Shown: positions 27,117 to 37,987, counted from the first letter of the stretch. The stretch is 64,000 nucleotides of DNA from Candidatus Poribacteria bacterium (GCA_003635265.1 PYIZ01000010.1:151177-215176), one strand, 5' to 3'. The notes: generated by a model not told the origin, from the letters alone. Numbers and translations are program-made.

Positions 27117-27890
27117 CTAAAGTGCAGCAACATATCCCCCATCAACCAGCAACGAAGCACCGGTGATCCACTCCGCGTCATCCGAAGCAAAAAAGACTGA
27201 GGCTCTGCCGATATCTCTCGGCAAACCGAAACGTGGCATCGCCGTTCTTTCGCTCGCTTCCTGAATTTGTTCCGGTGTCAAGTAATCTTGGATAGCGGTC
27301 TCAATATAGCCGGGGCAGATAGCGTTGACGGTAACGCCATATCCACCAACTTCTAGCGCGGTATCTCGCACCATATTGACAAGTGCAGCTTTGGCTGAAG
27401 CGTAAGCGGGACCACCGCCACCGCCGAAAGCGTGAACGGAAGCGATTTGGATGATACGCCCATACTGCGATTTTGTCAAGTGGGGGATAGCGAGCTTCGT
27501 CGCCACAAAAATTCCGCGTAGGTTCACGCCAACCACCTTGTCCCAATCGGCTATCGTGATTTCTTGGCTAGTGCCGGGGATATGGATTCCAGCATTGTTG
27601 ACAAGGATATCTAACTCACCGAAGTGGGTGACAGCCTCCTGAACGAGTCGTTCGACCTGCGAGTCATCCGACATATCGGTTTGGACGAATAACCCTTGAG
27701 ATCCCAGTTTCTCGATTTCTTCAACCGTTGGGGTCGTCGTGTCCTGCTCATGGTACTTGCCACGTTTGGGCGCTTCTTGAACATCGGCGACGACGACTTT
27801 AGCGCCCTCACGAGCAAATTCAACTGCAATTCCTCGTCCAATGCCAGAACTAGCGCCGGTAACAATGGCAACTCGGTCTTTTAATACCAT
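27117..27890 (-). CDS. SDR family oxidoreductase (classical short-chain dehydrogenase)
   Basis: Start set to ATG 27890 (MVLKDRVAIVTGASSGIGRGIA). TGxxxGIG and YASAKAAL motifs. The 56 upstream codons of the 28058 ORF do not look protein-like. Confidence 0.9.
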   Translation of the reverse strand: MVLKDRVAIVTGASSGIGRGIAVEFAREGAKVVVADVQEAPKRGKYHEQDTTTPTVEEIEKLGSQGLFVQTDMSDDSQVERLVQEAVTHFGELDILVNNAGIHIPGTSQEITIADWDKVVGVNLRGIFVATKLAIPHLTKSQYGRIIQIASVHAFGGGGGPAYASAKAALVNMVRDTALEVGGYGVTVNAICPGYIETAIQDYLTPEQIQEASERTAMPRFGLPRDIGRASVFFASDDAEWITGASLLVDGGYVAAL

Positions 27891-27987
27891 CGTGAGTGTC
27901 CTCCAGAAATATATGTCATACAGGAAAATATGTCCTATGAAAGGCAACAAGCCCTTATGATTGTTCCGTGTTTTCCAAAAATAATCC

Positions 27988-28009
27988 GTAAAACGTAAGG
28001 CGTAAAAAA
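27988..28009 (+). repeat. Degenerate GTRAARC heptamer repeat (family 1)
   Basis: gtaaaacgtaaggcgtaaaaaa aligns with gtgaaacgtgaagcgtaaaaaaa at 8298. Confidence 0.5.
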
Positions 28010-28061
28010 TGCCCGTGCGAAACGACAGTAGTTGTGAAGATAGTCTCCTACGTATCACTCG

Positions 28062-29423
28062 TTACGCACTATTCTTTTGTGGCGACTCCTGTTTTTGCGG
28101 CACATTTAATGAAAAAATGTGCTTGGGTGCAAAAAAGGTGAGCGTTGCGCCGCGCGCAGCCGAAAACAGCGTTAACGCCATCCAGAGCCCATGGTTCCCC
28201 AATCCTTTGAGGACGAAATATGCTAGCAGGAAGACCAACGCCGAAGCCAACATTGAGTTTCGCATAGCAGTAGTAGCGGTGGCACCGACAAAAACCCCAT
28301 CCCAGATATACGCGATAGAATTGATGGGCGGTGCTATCGCAATCCAGATTAGGTAGGGACGGGCACCGATAAGTAGATTGGTTTTGTCGGTGAACAGGTA
28401 GAGCAGCTTCGTCCCAAATAGACCAAAAACCAAACTGAAGCCCAACGACAGGAGAAGTGCCCAGCAAAACGAATATCGCACGGAACGCTTTAGGGTGACT
28501 ACTTCCCGTGCTCCCCTGTACCTACCAACAAGGGCTTCCGCCGCGAAAGCAAAACCGTCAATGCCATACGCCAAGATATGGATAAATTGCATAAGAATGG
28601 TATTGACGGCGAGTGCCGTATCACTCAGTGCCCCAGCCTTTGATGTGAAAAACGCATGGCAGAAAAGCACGGAAAACGTGCGAATTATGATGTCCCGACC
28701 TATCCTAAAAAAGCGCTTCAAAGCTGGAGGATGCAACACCCCTTTTAGATGCCACCCGTCCCACAGATGTCTATACCTCCTCAAGAATAGTCCAATCGTG
28801 CATAACAACCCCAGATACTGTGCAATCACCGTTCCGAGGGCAACCCCGTCGGAGGTCATCATTAGAACCTTCACAAAAAAGAAGTTCAGCACTAGGTTGA
28901 AGAGATTCACCACGATGGTGAGGACCATCGGATATTTGGCATTCTGCATACCTAGAAACCAGCCGTGAAATACGTGCAGGGTTAGGGTGGCTGGCGCAGC
29001 ACAGAGGCGGATGTGGAAATAGGAACGCGCAAGCATCTCGACTTCAGGACCGGCATCCATCAGGTAAAAACTAAGCACTGCAATTAGCGGTTGAAGGAGA
29101 AGGAGCAGCAGCGCAATCAGCAGTGCAACCATCACTCCCCGCTTTAGGATGAGTGTGGTTTCCTCAGAATCTCTTGCACCATAGGCTTGCGCCGTCAGCC
29201 CGGTGACTCCCATCCGGAGGAAGCTAAATCCCCAATACACGAAGCCGAAGATAACACCGCCGATAGCGATAGCACCAAGATACTGCTCATTTTCTAACCG
29301 TCCCATCAGCGCAGTGTCAACAGCGCTCAACATCGGCACCGATAAATTGCTGATAATATTGGGAATAGCAAGGCTGAGAATCCGCTTGTTCAGGTTACGA
29401 TTTTGTGGGTTCCTCGTAAACAT
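28062..29423 (-). CDS. MATE family efflux transporter
   Basis: 453-aa ORF with 12 predicted TM helices. N-terminal ILSLAIPNIISNLSVPMLSAVDTALMGRL is typical of MATE/DinF-type proteins. Confidence 0.9.
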   Translation of the reverse strand: MFTRNPQNRNLNKRILSLAIPNIISNLSVPMLSAVDTALMGRLENEQYLGAIAIGGVIFGFVYWGFSFLRMGVTGLTAQAYGARDSEETTLILKRGVMVALLIALLLLLLQPLIAVLSFYLMDAGPEVEMLARSYFHIRLCAAPATLTLHVFHGWFLGMQNAKYPMVLTIVVNLFNLVLNFFFVKVLMMTSDGVALGTVIAQYLGLLCTIGLFLRRYRHLWDGWHLKGVLHPPALKRFFRIGRDIIIRTFSVLFCHAFFTSKAGALSDTALAVNTILMQFIHILAYGIDGFAFAAEALVGRYRGAREVVTLKRSVRYSFCWALLLSLGFSLVFGLFGTKLLYLFTDKTNLLIGARPYLIWIAIAPPINSIAYIWDGVFVGATATTAMRNSMLASALVFLLAYFVLKGLGNHGLWMALTLFSAARGATLTFFAPKHIFSLNVPQKQESPQKNSA

Positions 29424-29492
29424 TCAAAACCTTTGTTAAGGGATATCCAGCCTAACCAGCAATCTCCCTCGCCTCCACCAAATATCCTTTTC

Positions 29493-30479
29493 TCAAGATA
29501 TGAGGTACAACGGCTCTAATCCCGCTGCTATCCTGTCAACATTCTCCGCCGCCGCGCCCGCTCGCTTTCGTGAGGTCCCGTCGGTTGCACCTGAGATATG
29601 AGGTGTCGCAATCACGTTCGGCAGACTGAAGATGACCGAATCGAGATCTGGCGGTTCCTGCCCGAACACATCAAGCCCGGCACCGGCGATTCTTCCTTCG
29701 GATAGCGCCTCAATCAGGGCGGCTTCATCTACCAATGCTCCCCGTGCGACATTGATCAGAAAGGCTGTCGATTTCATCAAACCTAGGCGACGTGCATCAA
29801 TGGTGTGGCGTGTCTCATCATTGAGATGTAGATGCAGCGACAGAAAATCGGATGTCGCGACCACTGAGTCCAAATCATCTGGTTTTCCGACAAACTGCAA
29901 GCCAAATTCGCTCACCTCATCCGCCCCAACATCGCGGATGTCGATAACCGACATTTTTAAGCCGAAAGGCGCAGCCCGACGTGCCAATTCTATTCCGCTA
30001 GCGCCGAAACCGACGAGGCCCAAGTTCAATCCATCAAGTTCCATCCCTACGGGTCTATATAACTCTCCCTGCTTCAGATTCGTTTGGGTGACAGGATACT
30101 GCCGAGCGAGCATCAGCATGAACATTATCGCACATTCAGCCAACGCCACAGCACTAAACAGTCCCGGACAGTTCGCAACAGGTAGGTTCTTCGATCGCCA
30201 ATACTCCAAATTAAAATGGTCAAAGCCTGTGCCGAGAATTTGCCAGAGGCGCACCTTCCCTACCGCTGCGTCAGCCATTTCCCGTGTCCCTGCCGAACCC
30301 CCATGATCAATGACCACATCAACCCCTTCAAATTGCGGGGCGATGGGCTTATCGTAATCCAAAATATGCAAATCATGACGGTCTCCGACCGCAGCCACTA
30401 CATCATCTCCTGAAGGTTTGAACATTGAGGGACCAAGCGGGTGGGGTAAAAATAGAACGGTCAGTCGTTCAGCCATCAA
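29493..30479 (-). CDS. D-isomer-specific 2-hydroxyacid dehydrogenase family protein
   Basis: 328-aa ORF. NAD-binding motif GLVGFGASGIELARR. Catalytic-domain blocks NVARGALVDE and TPHISG. Confidence 0.85.
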   Translation of the reverse strand: MMAERLTVLFLPHPLGPSMFKPSGDDVVAAVGDRHDLHILDYDKPIAPQFEGVDVVIDHGGSAGTREMADAAVGKVRLWQILGTGFDHFNLEYWRSKNLPVANCPGLFSAVALAECAIMFMLMLARQYPVTQTNLKQGELYRPVGMELDGLNLGLVGFGASGIELARRAAPFGLKMSVIDIRDVGADEVSEFGLQFVGKPDDLDSVVATSDFLSLHLHLNDETRHTIDARRLGLMKSTAFLINVARGALVDEAALIEALSEGRIAGAGLDVFGQEPPDLDSVIFSLPNVIATPHISGATDGTSRKRAGAAAENVDRIAAGLEPLYLIS

Positions 30480-30488
30480 TATTTCCTC

Positions 30489-32111
30489 TCATTTGTCGTC
30501 TAATCCCGCGGCATGACGTCCCGCAGCCGGGTCGCCAGCAGCATAGAGTGTCCCGCTGTTTTGGTCAATAGAAAGCATAACAGGTGTCGCGATCGCACCC
30601 GCTCTTGCTTCAAGCTGATGCCCACGCCGAATCAACTCCTGCTGCACACTCGAATCCACCGTATCACTGACAGTCAACGCACCGGCTCGAATGAACGCTT
30701 CTTCACGGTTAGGATTTGGATCAAACGAATCTTCGTGATGTGCCGTGGCAAAGCGCGGCGCAATAACGGCATCTTCAGGTTGCATATCGAACTCAATGAA
30801 ATCAAGGAGTAAATTCAGGGCGGCTTGATCCTGCAAATCACCACCCGCGACGCTAATCGCCAAAATCGGGCTATCATCTTTCAGCACAAGCGTGGGGGTC
30901 AGTGTAATGCGGGGGCGTTTGCCGGGCTGGATACAATTTGGGTGTCCCGGCACCGTATTGAGGCTTCGTAGACGGTTTCCGAAACTCACACCCGTTGAAC
31001 CTCCCATCCTCTCTTCGCGGTAGACATTCGCAGAAGGTGTAGCAGAGACCACATTACCCCAGCGATCAGCGACGACGCATGTTGTCGTTCCACCAACGCC
31101 CGGTCGAAACACGCCGCCTTCCTTCAACGGCTTCATCTGCGCTACATCCCCGGGGCGCGCTTCCATCGAGGCTTTCTGCATATCAATCAGCGAACGACGA
31201 ATCTCGGTGTAGGCGTCGGAAAGTAATCCCTCCATCGGAACATCCACGAAGACCGGATCGCCGTAGTATTCATCGCGATCTGCCATCGCCAGCTTAATAG
31301 CTTCCGTGACCACATGGACATAATCTGCGGAAAAGTGTCCCATGCCTTTCAAATCAAAGCCTTCCAGCAAGCGCAACGCCTGACAGAGATAAGGTCCCTG
31401 CGTCCACGTGCCACACTTATACACCGTATATCCGCGGTAATCCACCTTCACGGGATCCTCGATTAGCGTAGCATGGGCGGCCAGATCCTTCCTGCGAAGG
31501 AATCCCCCTTTCTGGATATAAAACGCTTCCAACTCCTCCGCAATGTCATTGCGATGCTTGTTCCGCCCATAAAAGCGGTCAGTCGCGGCTTGCAGCTTCG
31601 TCTCACGATCTCCCGATGTGATCTGTTCCTCCTCGACCATCCTGCGTAACGTGACAGCGAGGTTGGGATGCCAGTCCTCGTCTCCAGCATCTAGAATGGC
31701 AAGTGTGGGCGACACGATTTCTTCAAATGTCTTTGTTCCATACTGTTGGAGCAGGGTGACACACAGATCAACAACCGATGGGACAGGTGCCATTTTCATA
31801 TCACCAGCCGGGATACCGTTCTTCATGTACCAATCGATGGCTTCCTGTGAAAGAGGGGCACGTCCCTGACCGGAGAGCGATTTTACCTCCTGTTTTTCCG
31901 CATCAAAAATAAGGACCGGTACTTCACCGCCAATCGAGCAGGCAATATGGTCTGTGACGTTCAACGCGAGAATAGTCCCCGCCGCTGCGTCTGCTGCATT
32001 ACCGCCTGCCTCTAGGATTTCAATCCCGGCAGCAACGGCTCCAGCACCACCCGCAGCAACTGCACCCGTTTTGCTGACAGCGTTCCAACCTATCTTACTT
32101 ATGTCTGGCAT
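30489..32111 (-). CDS. Gamma-glutamyltransferase family protein
   Basis: 540-aa ORF. Autoprocessing and nucleophile region GVGGTTTCVVADRWGNVVSATPS. Lies 9 nt upstream of the dehydrogenase gene. Confidence 0.9.
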   Translation of the reverse strand: MPDISKIGWNAVSKTGAVAAGGAGAVAAGIEILEAGGNAADAAAGTILALNVTDHIACSIGGEVPVLIFDAEKQEVKSLSGQGRAPLSQEAIDWYMKNGIPAGDMKMAPVPSVVDLCVTLLQQYGTKTFEEIVSPTLAILDAGDEDWHPNLAVTLRRMVEEEQITSGDRETKLQAATDRFYGRNKHRNDIAEELEAFYIQKGGFLRRKDLAAHATLIEDPVKVDYRGYTVYKCGTWTQGPYLCQALRLLEGFDLKGMGHFSADYVHVVTEAIKLAMADRDEYYGDPVFVDVPMEGLLSDAYTEIRRSLIDMQKASMEARPGDVAQMKPLKEGGVFRPGVGGTTTCVVADRWGNVVSATPSANVYREERMGGSTGVSFGNRLRSLNTVPGHPNCIQPGKRPRITLTPTLVLKDDSPILAISVAGGDLQDQAALNLLLDFIEFDMQPEDAVIAPRFATAHHEDSFDPNPNREEAFIRAGALTVSDTVDSSVQQELIRRGHQLEARAGAIATPVMLSIDQNSGTLYAAGDPAAGRHAAGLDDK

Positions 32112-32144
32112 TGACTTTCTCCTTATAAACTGATCTTCACCGTT

Positions 32145-32882
32145 TTATTTCTCTTGGGCTTTGCGCCATTCCTCGTATTCTGCCCGCGCCTCATCGTTGA
32201 GGGGATAGTATTTGCGTAAGTGACCGCCCTCCGCTAGCTTCATACGACTGAAATCCTCCCATTCTGAATGGGCAGTGGCTTTTTCACATAACTCCGGTGC
32301 TATCTTAATCGGAACTACAACGGCACCGTCATCATCAGCCACAATGATATCGCCCGGCATAACCAACGTGTCCCCGCAGGCGACGGGAACATTGACGGCA
32401 TACGGATAGATGTTCGTTTGCGTATGAAAATTGGGGGTCGTTCCCTTCAGCCACAACCCCAACCCTAGCGTCTGTGCATAGGGAAAGTCCCGGATACAAC
32501 CATCTACGATTGCACCGATGCCGCCGCGCCCTTTGAAAAAGGTCAACATCATCTCGCCAAAAACGCCGCTGCTCATGTCACCCCTGGCGTCGACGACAAT
32601 GATATCGCCGGGCTGGGTGTGATAGAGCGCGTGGCGGTGCAGCTGTTTTTCGGGATCGTTATATTCATCGACAGCGTAGATGTCCTCACGTTTCGGCATG
32701 AATTGCAGGGTAAGTGCTGGACCAACAACCGACTTGCTGGGGGTGCGAGGAATAGGACCCAAAATTTGAGGGTCGCGTATACCGAGGCGACAAAGCTCAC
32801 CGGCGGCGGTGGCACTGCTGATAGAAGAGAGCGTTTCAATGAGTTCTTTGGCAGGGCGTTCGATGTCTGGCGTGTTTATCAT
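32145..32882 (-). CDS. RraA family protein (4-hydroxy-4-methyl-2-oxoglutarate aldolase / oxaloacetate decarboxylase-like)
   Basis: Start set to ATG 32882 (MINTPDIERP). RraA-like blocks GDIIVVDARGD, SGVFGEMM, GAIVDGCIRD. Confidence 0.8.
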   Translation of the reverse strand: MINTPDIERPAKELIETLSSISSATAAGELCRLGIRDPQILGPIPRTPSKSVVGPALTLQFMPKREDIYAVDEYNDPEKQLHRHALYHTQPGDIIVVDARGDMSSGVFGEMMLTFFKGRGGIGAIVDGCIRDFPYAQTLGLGLWLKGTTPNFHTQTNIYPYAVNVPVACGDTLVMPGDIIVADDDGAVVVPIKIAPELCEKATAHSEWEDFSRMKLAEGGHLRKYYPLNDEARAEYEEWRKAQEK

Positions 32883-33056
32883 GGTTTCTCCTGTCTGTGG
32901 GATTGGATAGCGCGAACAGATTAGCGTAAAACACCTATCGTTCACATTTGGGATTTTAGCAGATTTTCGGCAATGCGTCAACAGAGAAATCCGAATCTCG
33001 TATGTACAATTCGCTGGTATTTAACTCGCCTGCAATGTTACAATAACCCAAATTAA

Positions 33057-33082
33057 TAGTAGTAGGCATACTCCGTATGCCG
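33057..33082 (+). repeat. GGTAGTAGGCAT...ATGCC hairpin motif (family 3)
   Basis: In tagtagtaggcatactccgtatgccg, ggcata and tatgcc form a 6-bp stem. Related copies are at 52583-52607 and 60314-60339. Confidence 0.65.
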
Positions 33083-33135
33083 TAACCACTGTGCAAACTA
33101 CAACACAGTGTAGCGTACCTACCGCAATTGCACTA

Positions 33136-33154
33136 ACCAACCAATGAACCAACA
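33136..33154. repeat. AATGAAC motif (family 2, partial)
   Basis: aaccaaccaatgaaccaac lies about 50 nt upstream of the 33203 gene. Confidence 0.4.
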
Positions 33155-33202
33155 TAGCCCCAATAGGGTAATGAGGCTGAAATCAAAATTAAGGAGCGCA
33201 AA

Positions 33203-34177
33203 ATGCCAAAAGAATTAGTCGCAATCGCAGTGCAGCAGCCAGCTTTACAAGACTACGAAGAGGGACCTGTGCCAGCAGGAAATATCCGCATCAGAGTGGA
33301 CTTTGGCGCACCCAAACGCGGCACGGAGTTGACAGGGTATCACGGATTTCGGGGGGCGTCGTTTCCGATGGGTTTGGGCAATATGTGCGTCGGTCGCGTT
33401 ATCGAAATCGGAGAAGGGGTCGAGGGGTTTTCGATTGGCGATCGAGTCGCCGGCTATGGTAACCTTCGAGAGACACATACATGGAACGCCGAACGTGCTT
33501 TGCCCATGAGTGACCGAATGACGTGGAAAGAAGCCGTGTGTTACGACCCTGCGCATTTTGCCCTCGCCGGCATTCGGGATGGTCAGGTACGATTAGGGGA
33601 TAGGGTCGCGGTCTTTGGCCTTGGTGCGATCGGTCAAATGACCGTACAGATGGCGAAAATGGCAGGCGCTTCTTTTGTCGCTGCTGTGGATCCTATCGCC
33701 AAGCGACGCGCGGTCGTTGAAAACATCGGGATAGACCTTTCGCTCGATCCGACCGCCGTTGATGTCGGGGAAGAACTGAAGAAAGCGACCGGCGGACTTG
33801 GGATCGATGTCGCAATCGAGACGAGTGCGAACTACCAAGCGTTGGACGGTGCAATTCGTGGTTTAGCGTATGGCGGAACTGTCGCTGTCGTCGGTTGGAT
33901 GAAGGAATGTAAGGGCGGCCTTGACCTCGGGGCGGTCGCGCACTTCGATATCCCGAACCTAATTTTTGCGCGTGCGTGTAGCGACCCCAACCGCGATCAC
34001 CCGCGCTGGGATTTCGGGCGCATTACCGACCACTGTTGGCAGTGGCTTTCCGAAGGACGGTTTGATTGTGAGGAGATTGTTGCCCCGGTGGTGCCGTTTG
34101 ACGAATCACCCCAAGCTTACGAAGATATGGATCTACATCCCGATAAGAGCGTCAAATTGGGCGTAGCGTTTCAGTAG
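33203..34177 (+). CDS. Medium-chain (MDR) zinc-type alcohol dehydrogenase family protein
   Basis: 324-aa ORF with an aaggag RBS. GroES-like N-domain and Rossmann motif VFGLGAIGQMTVQMAKMAGA. Confidence 0.8.
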   Translation: MPKELVAIAVQQPALQDYEEGPVPAGNIRIRVDFGAPKRGTELTGYHGFRGASFPMGLGNMCVGRVIEIGEGVEGFSIGDRVAGYGNLRETHTWNAERALPMSDRMTWKEAVCYDPAHFALAGIRDGQVRLGDRVAVFGLGAIGQMTVQMAKMAGASFVAAVDPIAKRRAVVENIGIDLSLDPTAVDVGEELKKATGGLGIDVAIETSANYQALDGAIRGLAYGGTVAVVGWMKECKGGLDLGAVAHFDIPNLIFARACSDPNRDHPRWDFGRITDHCWQWLSEGRFDCEEIVAPVVPFDESPQAYEDMDLHPDKSVKLGVAFQ

Positions 34178-34212
34178 CAGTCTATACCCGTCCGCTACCA
34201 TTTTATAAGACT

Positions 34213-35436
34213 ATGCAAGCTGTCCAATATATCAAAAGCGTCCCACGCTACCTAATGATACGCCTCTTAGGCAAACACTGGCAGTCGCTATACACCTCCG
34301 GTGCTTCATGTATCCGTCTGGCTGAGATTGATGAGCCACAACTGCCCACACCGGATTGGGTAAAGATCAAGACGCGGTTGAGCGGGATCTGCGGCTCGGA
34401 TCTCGCCACCATTACTGCGAAGGGCAGTCCATATTTCTCGCCATTCACTTCAACTCCATTTGTGCTTGGGCACGAGGTCGTCGGGGAAACTGCGGAGATA
34501 GGAGAGAGAGTCGAGGGATACACGACTGGGGATCGTATTGTGATCGAGCCGGTGCTATCGTGCGAAATCCGCGGGATTGAACCCAGCTGTTACCAGTGCA
34601 GACAGGGGCATTTTGCGAACTGCGAGAATATCACGAAGGGGAATATCTCGGCTGGCATTCAGACCGGCTACTGCCGCGACACAGGTGGGGGTTGGAGTCC
34701 TTATTTTTTAGCACACAAAAACCAGATTCACCGTGTACCGGACTCCCTTTCCGATGAAATCGCTGTGCTTCTTGAACCGTTTGCCTGTGCGTTGCACGGT
34801 GTCTTGAAAGCCAACCTCAAGGACACCGAGCAAGTTCTAATCATCGGTGCGGGGACGGTCGGGCTGCTCACTATTGCGGCAATCCGCGCAATTGGGAAAC
34901 AGAACCGCATCCTGATTGTTGCCAAATACCCGCATCAACGTCAACTCGCTGGCGAACTCGGCGCAGATGAAATCCTCGCCTCCGATAAGTCGCTCTATGC
35001 AAATTTCTGCGGCTTAACAGGGGCGGAGAGCTATCAGCCGGAACTCGGTAAACCTGTCCTGCTTGGTGGTGTCGATGTGACGTTTGATTGTGTCGCCTCT
35101 GCCACGACGATTGACGATGCCCTCCGCTTTACGCGAGCGCAAGGGCGCGTTCTGCTTGTGGGGATGCCCGCCATTCCGAAAAATATCGATTGGACATCAG
35201 TTTGGTATAAAGAATTGCAGGTCAGCGGCGCATATACGTATGGGGTAGAAAACTACGCAGGCGAGGAGATTCGGACCTTTACCCTCGGCATTAGATTGCT
35301 AGAGCAGATGAGAGATAAACTACTCCCCTTAATCGGCAACCGGTTTTCACTCAAAGAGTACCGCCAAGCCATCCAAGCTGCGATGTCCACAGGGAAATTC
35401 GGCGCAGTGAAAACCATCTTTGACTTGCGGGCGTGA
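34213..35436 (+). CDS. Zinc-binding MDR dehydrogenase (sorbitol/threonine dehydrogenase-like)
   Basis: 407-aa ORF. Motifs GICGSDL, GHEVVGE, and structural-zinc Cys cluster CYQCRQGHFANC. Rossmann motif IIGAGTVGLL. Confidence 0.85.
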   Translation: MQAVQYIKSVPRYLMIRLLGKHWQSLYTSGASCIRLAEIDEPQLPTPDWVKIKTRLSGICGSDLATITAKGSPYFSPFTSTPFVLGHEVVGETAEIGERVEGYTTGDRIVIEPVLSCEIRGIEPSCYQCRQGHFANCENITKGNISAGIQTGYCRDTGGGWSPYFLAHKNQIHRVPDSLSDEIAVLLEPFACALHGVLKANLKDTEQVLIIGAGTVGLLTIAAIRAIGKQNRILIVAKYPHQRQLAGELGADEILASDKSLYANFCGLTGAESYQPELGKPVLLGGVDVTFDCVASATTIDDALRFTRAQGRVLLVGMPAIPKNIDWTSVWYKELQVSGAYTYGVENYAGEEIRTFTLGIRLLEQMRDKLLPLIGNRFSLKEYRQAIQAAMSTGKFGAVKTIFDLRA

Positions 35437-35445
35437 AACCAAGCG

Positions 35446-35799
35446 TCACTGTCTTGACAGCATTCGCCCCAACTGACGACCACCGACGAGGTGCATGTGC
35501 AGATGATAAATCTCCTGCAAGCCATGTTGCCGGCAATTGATAATTAAACGGTAACCATCTTCAGCAATCCCTTCTTCTCTAGCAATCTTCGCCGCCACTG
35601 TGAACATTCGTCCCAAAGCCGGCTCATCGTCAGGGGTTACGTCGTCAGAAGTGGGAATCAATTTGTTCGGAATAATTAAGATATGTGTGGGAGTCTGAGG
35701 TTTGATGTCCCGAAAAGCGGTTACCAAATCATCTTGATACACGATGTCGGCGGGAATCTCTTTTCGGATAATTTTGCTAAAAATTGTTTCTTCTGCCAT
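35446..35799 (-). CDS. HIT (histidine triad) family protein
   Basis: Start set to ATG 35799 ([24 protein letters not shown]) behind an aggaaa RBS. HxHxHxx motif HLHMHLVGG. Confidence 0.9.
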   Translation of the reverse strand: MAEETIFSKIIRKEIPADIVYQDDLVTAFRDIKPQTPTHILIIPNKLIPTSDDVTPDDEPALGRMFTVAAKIAREEGIAEDGYRLIINCRQHGLQEIYHLHMHLVGGRQLGRMLSRQ

Positions 35800-35824
35800 A
35801 GGATTTCCTCTTTGCAACGTTTGA

Positions 35825-36901
35825 TTATTGCGGACTGAATCTTGGCTGTCTCGGTCCACGGTCTCGTTGTAAGCGCAGCTTGCTTCCCTTCAGCGGGAGT
35901 TCAACCCGCTCGCCATTCCGCAAGTGAGATTCCATAAACGCAAAAATCAACTCTGTGCTTGCGTGTGCGACACGGACCCCACCGCGTGTCGGTTCACCCG
36001 TATCCAACGCATGAACAAGGTCTTTGACGATATTCGCCCCACTGCTGGTGCGCTCATACCTGGGGAACGATTCAAGCCTATTTTGACGACGGATTTGCCA
36101 CATCGCACCGTCTCTGAAGCTACTGATGCTTCCCTTATCGCAGATTGCCTCCCAGCCCAACTGTGCGAGAAGGGCATGTGCTACCACCCCGTTGGAAAAC
36201 TGGATCATGCCTTGTCCGCTTGGATCTTCTCGGACGATATCCCCATCAATGATTGAATCCCCGTCTGGAAGGTATGCCGAAACCCAAGATGCCGGTGCAT
36301 CGCTGTTGAGCCGCAGGATGAGGTCAAAGTTATGGCTAGCCGTGTTGAAAAGCGAACCATTGCCGTAAATTATCAACGTCCGGAGCGCACCCAACTCACC
36401 GCTATCAATAATCTCTTTCATCTTATCGAAGCCAGTATCCCAACGGCGATTGGTGCCAAGATTAAACGCGACTTCATTGCGTTCAACCGCTTCGACCATC
36501 GCATCCGCCTCATCCATCGACGCTGCCATCGCCTTTTCTGCATAGATGGCTTTGACACCGTGCTCCGCAGCGTAGATGACAACCTCCGCACGATGTTCTG
36601 GCTGCGTCGCGACACTGATGATATCTGGCTGCTCCCTTTCAAGCATCTCCCAATAATTGGTATACTGCCGTTCTGCTGGCACGTCGTATCGTCCCCCGAA
36701 TTCCGCCATCACTTCGGTGCGAAGGTCAGAGCAAGCGATGAGATCTATTCGCTCCTCTGCATAAAAACTGGCAGCATGTGATCGTGGGAAATTCTGCGCC
36801 AGATAGTCGGTTATTTCAGAGGCGAGATGTGCAACCCCTTCGTTGTCGATAAATGCGCCCATCCGGCTACAACCGATGACCGCTGCACGATATGTTTGCA
36901 T
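35825..36901 (-). CDS. Gfo/Idh/MocA family oxidoreductase
   Basis: 358-aa ORF. N-terminal [14 protein letters not shown] motif. Confidence 0.85.
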   Translation of the reverse strand: MQTYRAAVIGCSRMGAFIDNEGVAHLASEITDYLAQNFPRSHAASFYAEERIDLIACSDLRTEVMAEFGGRYDVPAERQYTNYWEMLEREQPDIISVATQPEHRAEVVIYAAEHGVKAIYAEKAMAASMDEADAMVEAVERNEVAFNLGTNRRWDTGFDKMKEIIDSGELGALRTLIIYGNGSLFNTASHNFDLILRLNSDAPASWVSAYLPDGDSIIDGDIVREDPSGQGMIQFSNGVVAHALLAQLGWEAICDKGSISSFRDGAMWQIRRQNRLESFPRYERTSSGANIVKDLVHALDTGEPTRGGVRVAHASTELIFAFMESHLRNGERVELPLKGSKLRLQRDRGPRQPRFSPQ

Positions 36902-36943
36902 CCGTGTCCTCCATTCCTCAAAACCTGAAATGCAATCGGGATA

Positions 36944-37951
36944 CTATCTCCGCACAGGTTTAGCAGGCAGACCGGTACGCCCCGACTCGTAGATAGCGTC
37001 CATCAACTCCGATTGGATAATCCCGTTCATCGGGCTGGTACGTGGTTCGGCACGACCAAGAATAGCATCTATGAAATTGTCGTCCGGCGAACTTGCGGAC
37101 ATATCATCGGTAATAGGCGGTGGATCGAGTTCCTCGCCACCTTCATAGACGCGAATCCAGCCGCCGCCCCAGCCGTCCACTTCGATTCGACCGTTGTCAA
37201 AAACCAATGCCATGTGTGTGCCGCCGGGACTTGGGCAGTTACCGCTGACGACAATACTCGCGAATACTCCGTTTTCAAAGCGGATGTTGGTTGAACTGTT
37301 GATGTCCACTGGTGCACCGCAGTTGTCAATGAAGGAATGGACTTCAGCAACATTGGATTCGACAGACCAGCATAGGCTGTTAAACAGATGCGCTCCACTG
37401 TCATACGCTTGTCCACCACCAGACAGCTCAGGAACCTGTCGCCACGCCCCCTGCGTTGCGCGCAGCCAATTCTGTGTGATATAGCCGGTCACCAATTCCA
37501 ACTTACCAAGCGTTTGGTTGCGGATGCATTCACGCACATAGTAAAAATTCGCCGAGCAAGGCGTGTTGTAGCCAATGGTAAATACCTTTCCCGTCTCTTT
37601 AACTTTCTCAGCTAGTGTATATGCATCCGGTGCAGCTGTCACCATCGGCTTTTCCACCAATACATGACAACCCGCATTGAGGGCGTGCATACTGTGTTCA
37701 AAATGGAGGGTGTGGGGTGTAGAAATCACCACAGCATCGGGGGTTGTTTCGTCGAGCATCGCCGGAATATCGTCGAACGCAGCTGGACGTGGATTTAGCT
37801 CTGGTAAGTTACGATCGATATAACTGTTAGCAATGTCGGTGTTCACGTCACAGGTGCCGACAATCTGGACATCGGGATTTTCATTCATTCGACGGGCATG
37901 ACCCGACGAATTTCCGCCACAACCGATAATCCCCAATCGGATTTTAGACAT
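36944..37951 (-). CDS. Gfo/Idh/MocA family oxidoreductase
   Basis: 335-aa ORF. Rossmann motif IRLGIIGCGGNSSGH. Confidence 0.85.
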   Translation of the reverse strand: MSKIRLGIIGCGGNSSGHARRMNENPDVQIVGTCDVNTDIANSYIDRNLPELNPRPAAFDDIPAMLDETTPDAVVISTPHTLHFEHSMHALNAGCHVLVEKPMVTAAPDAYTLAEKVKETGKVFTIGYNTPCSANFYYVRECIRNQTLGKLELVTGYITQNWLRATQGAWRQVPELSGGGQAYDSGAHLFNSLCWSVESNVAEVHSFIDNCGAPVDINSSTNIRFENGVFASIVVSGNCPSPGGTHMALVFDNGRIEVDGWGGGWIRVYEGGEELDPPPITDDMSASSPDDNFIDAILGRAEPRTSPMNGIIQSELMDAIYESGRTGLPAKPVRR

Positions 37952-37987
37952 AGTTGACTCCTTGTAAAATAATCAGCTAGGAAAACC

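Noticed and set aside
29632-30306. 224-aa ORF on the plus strand
   Set aside because: It is antisense to the 2-hydroxyacid dehydrogenase gene. The composition is Ser/Arg/Pro-rich, and there is no RBS.
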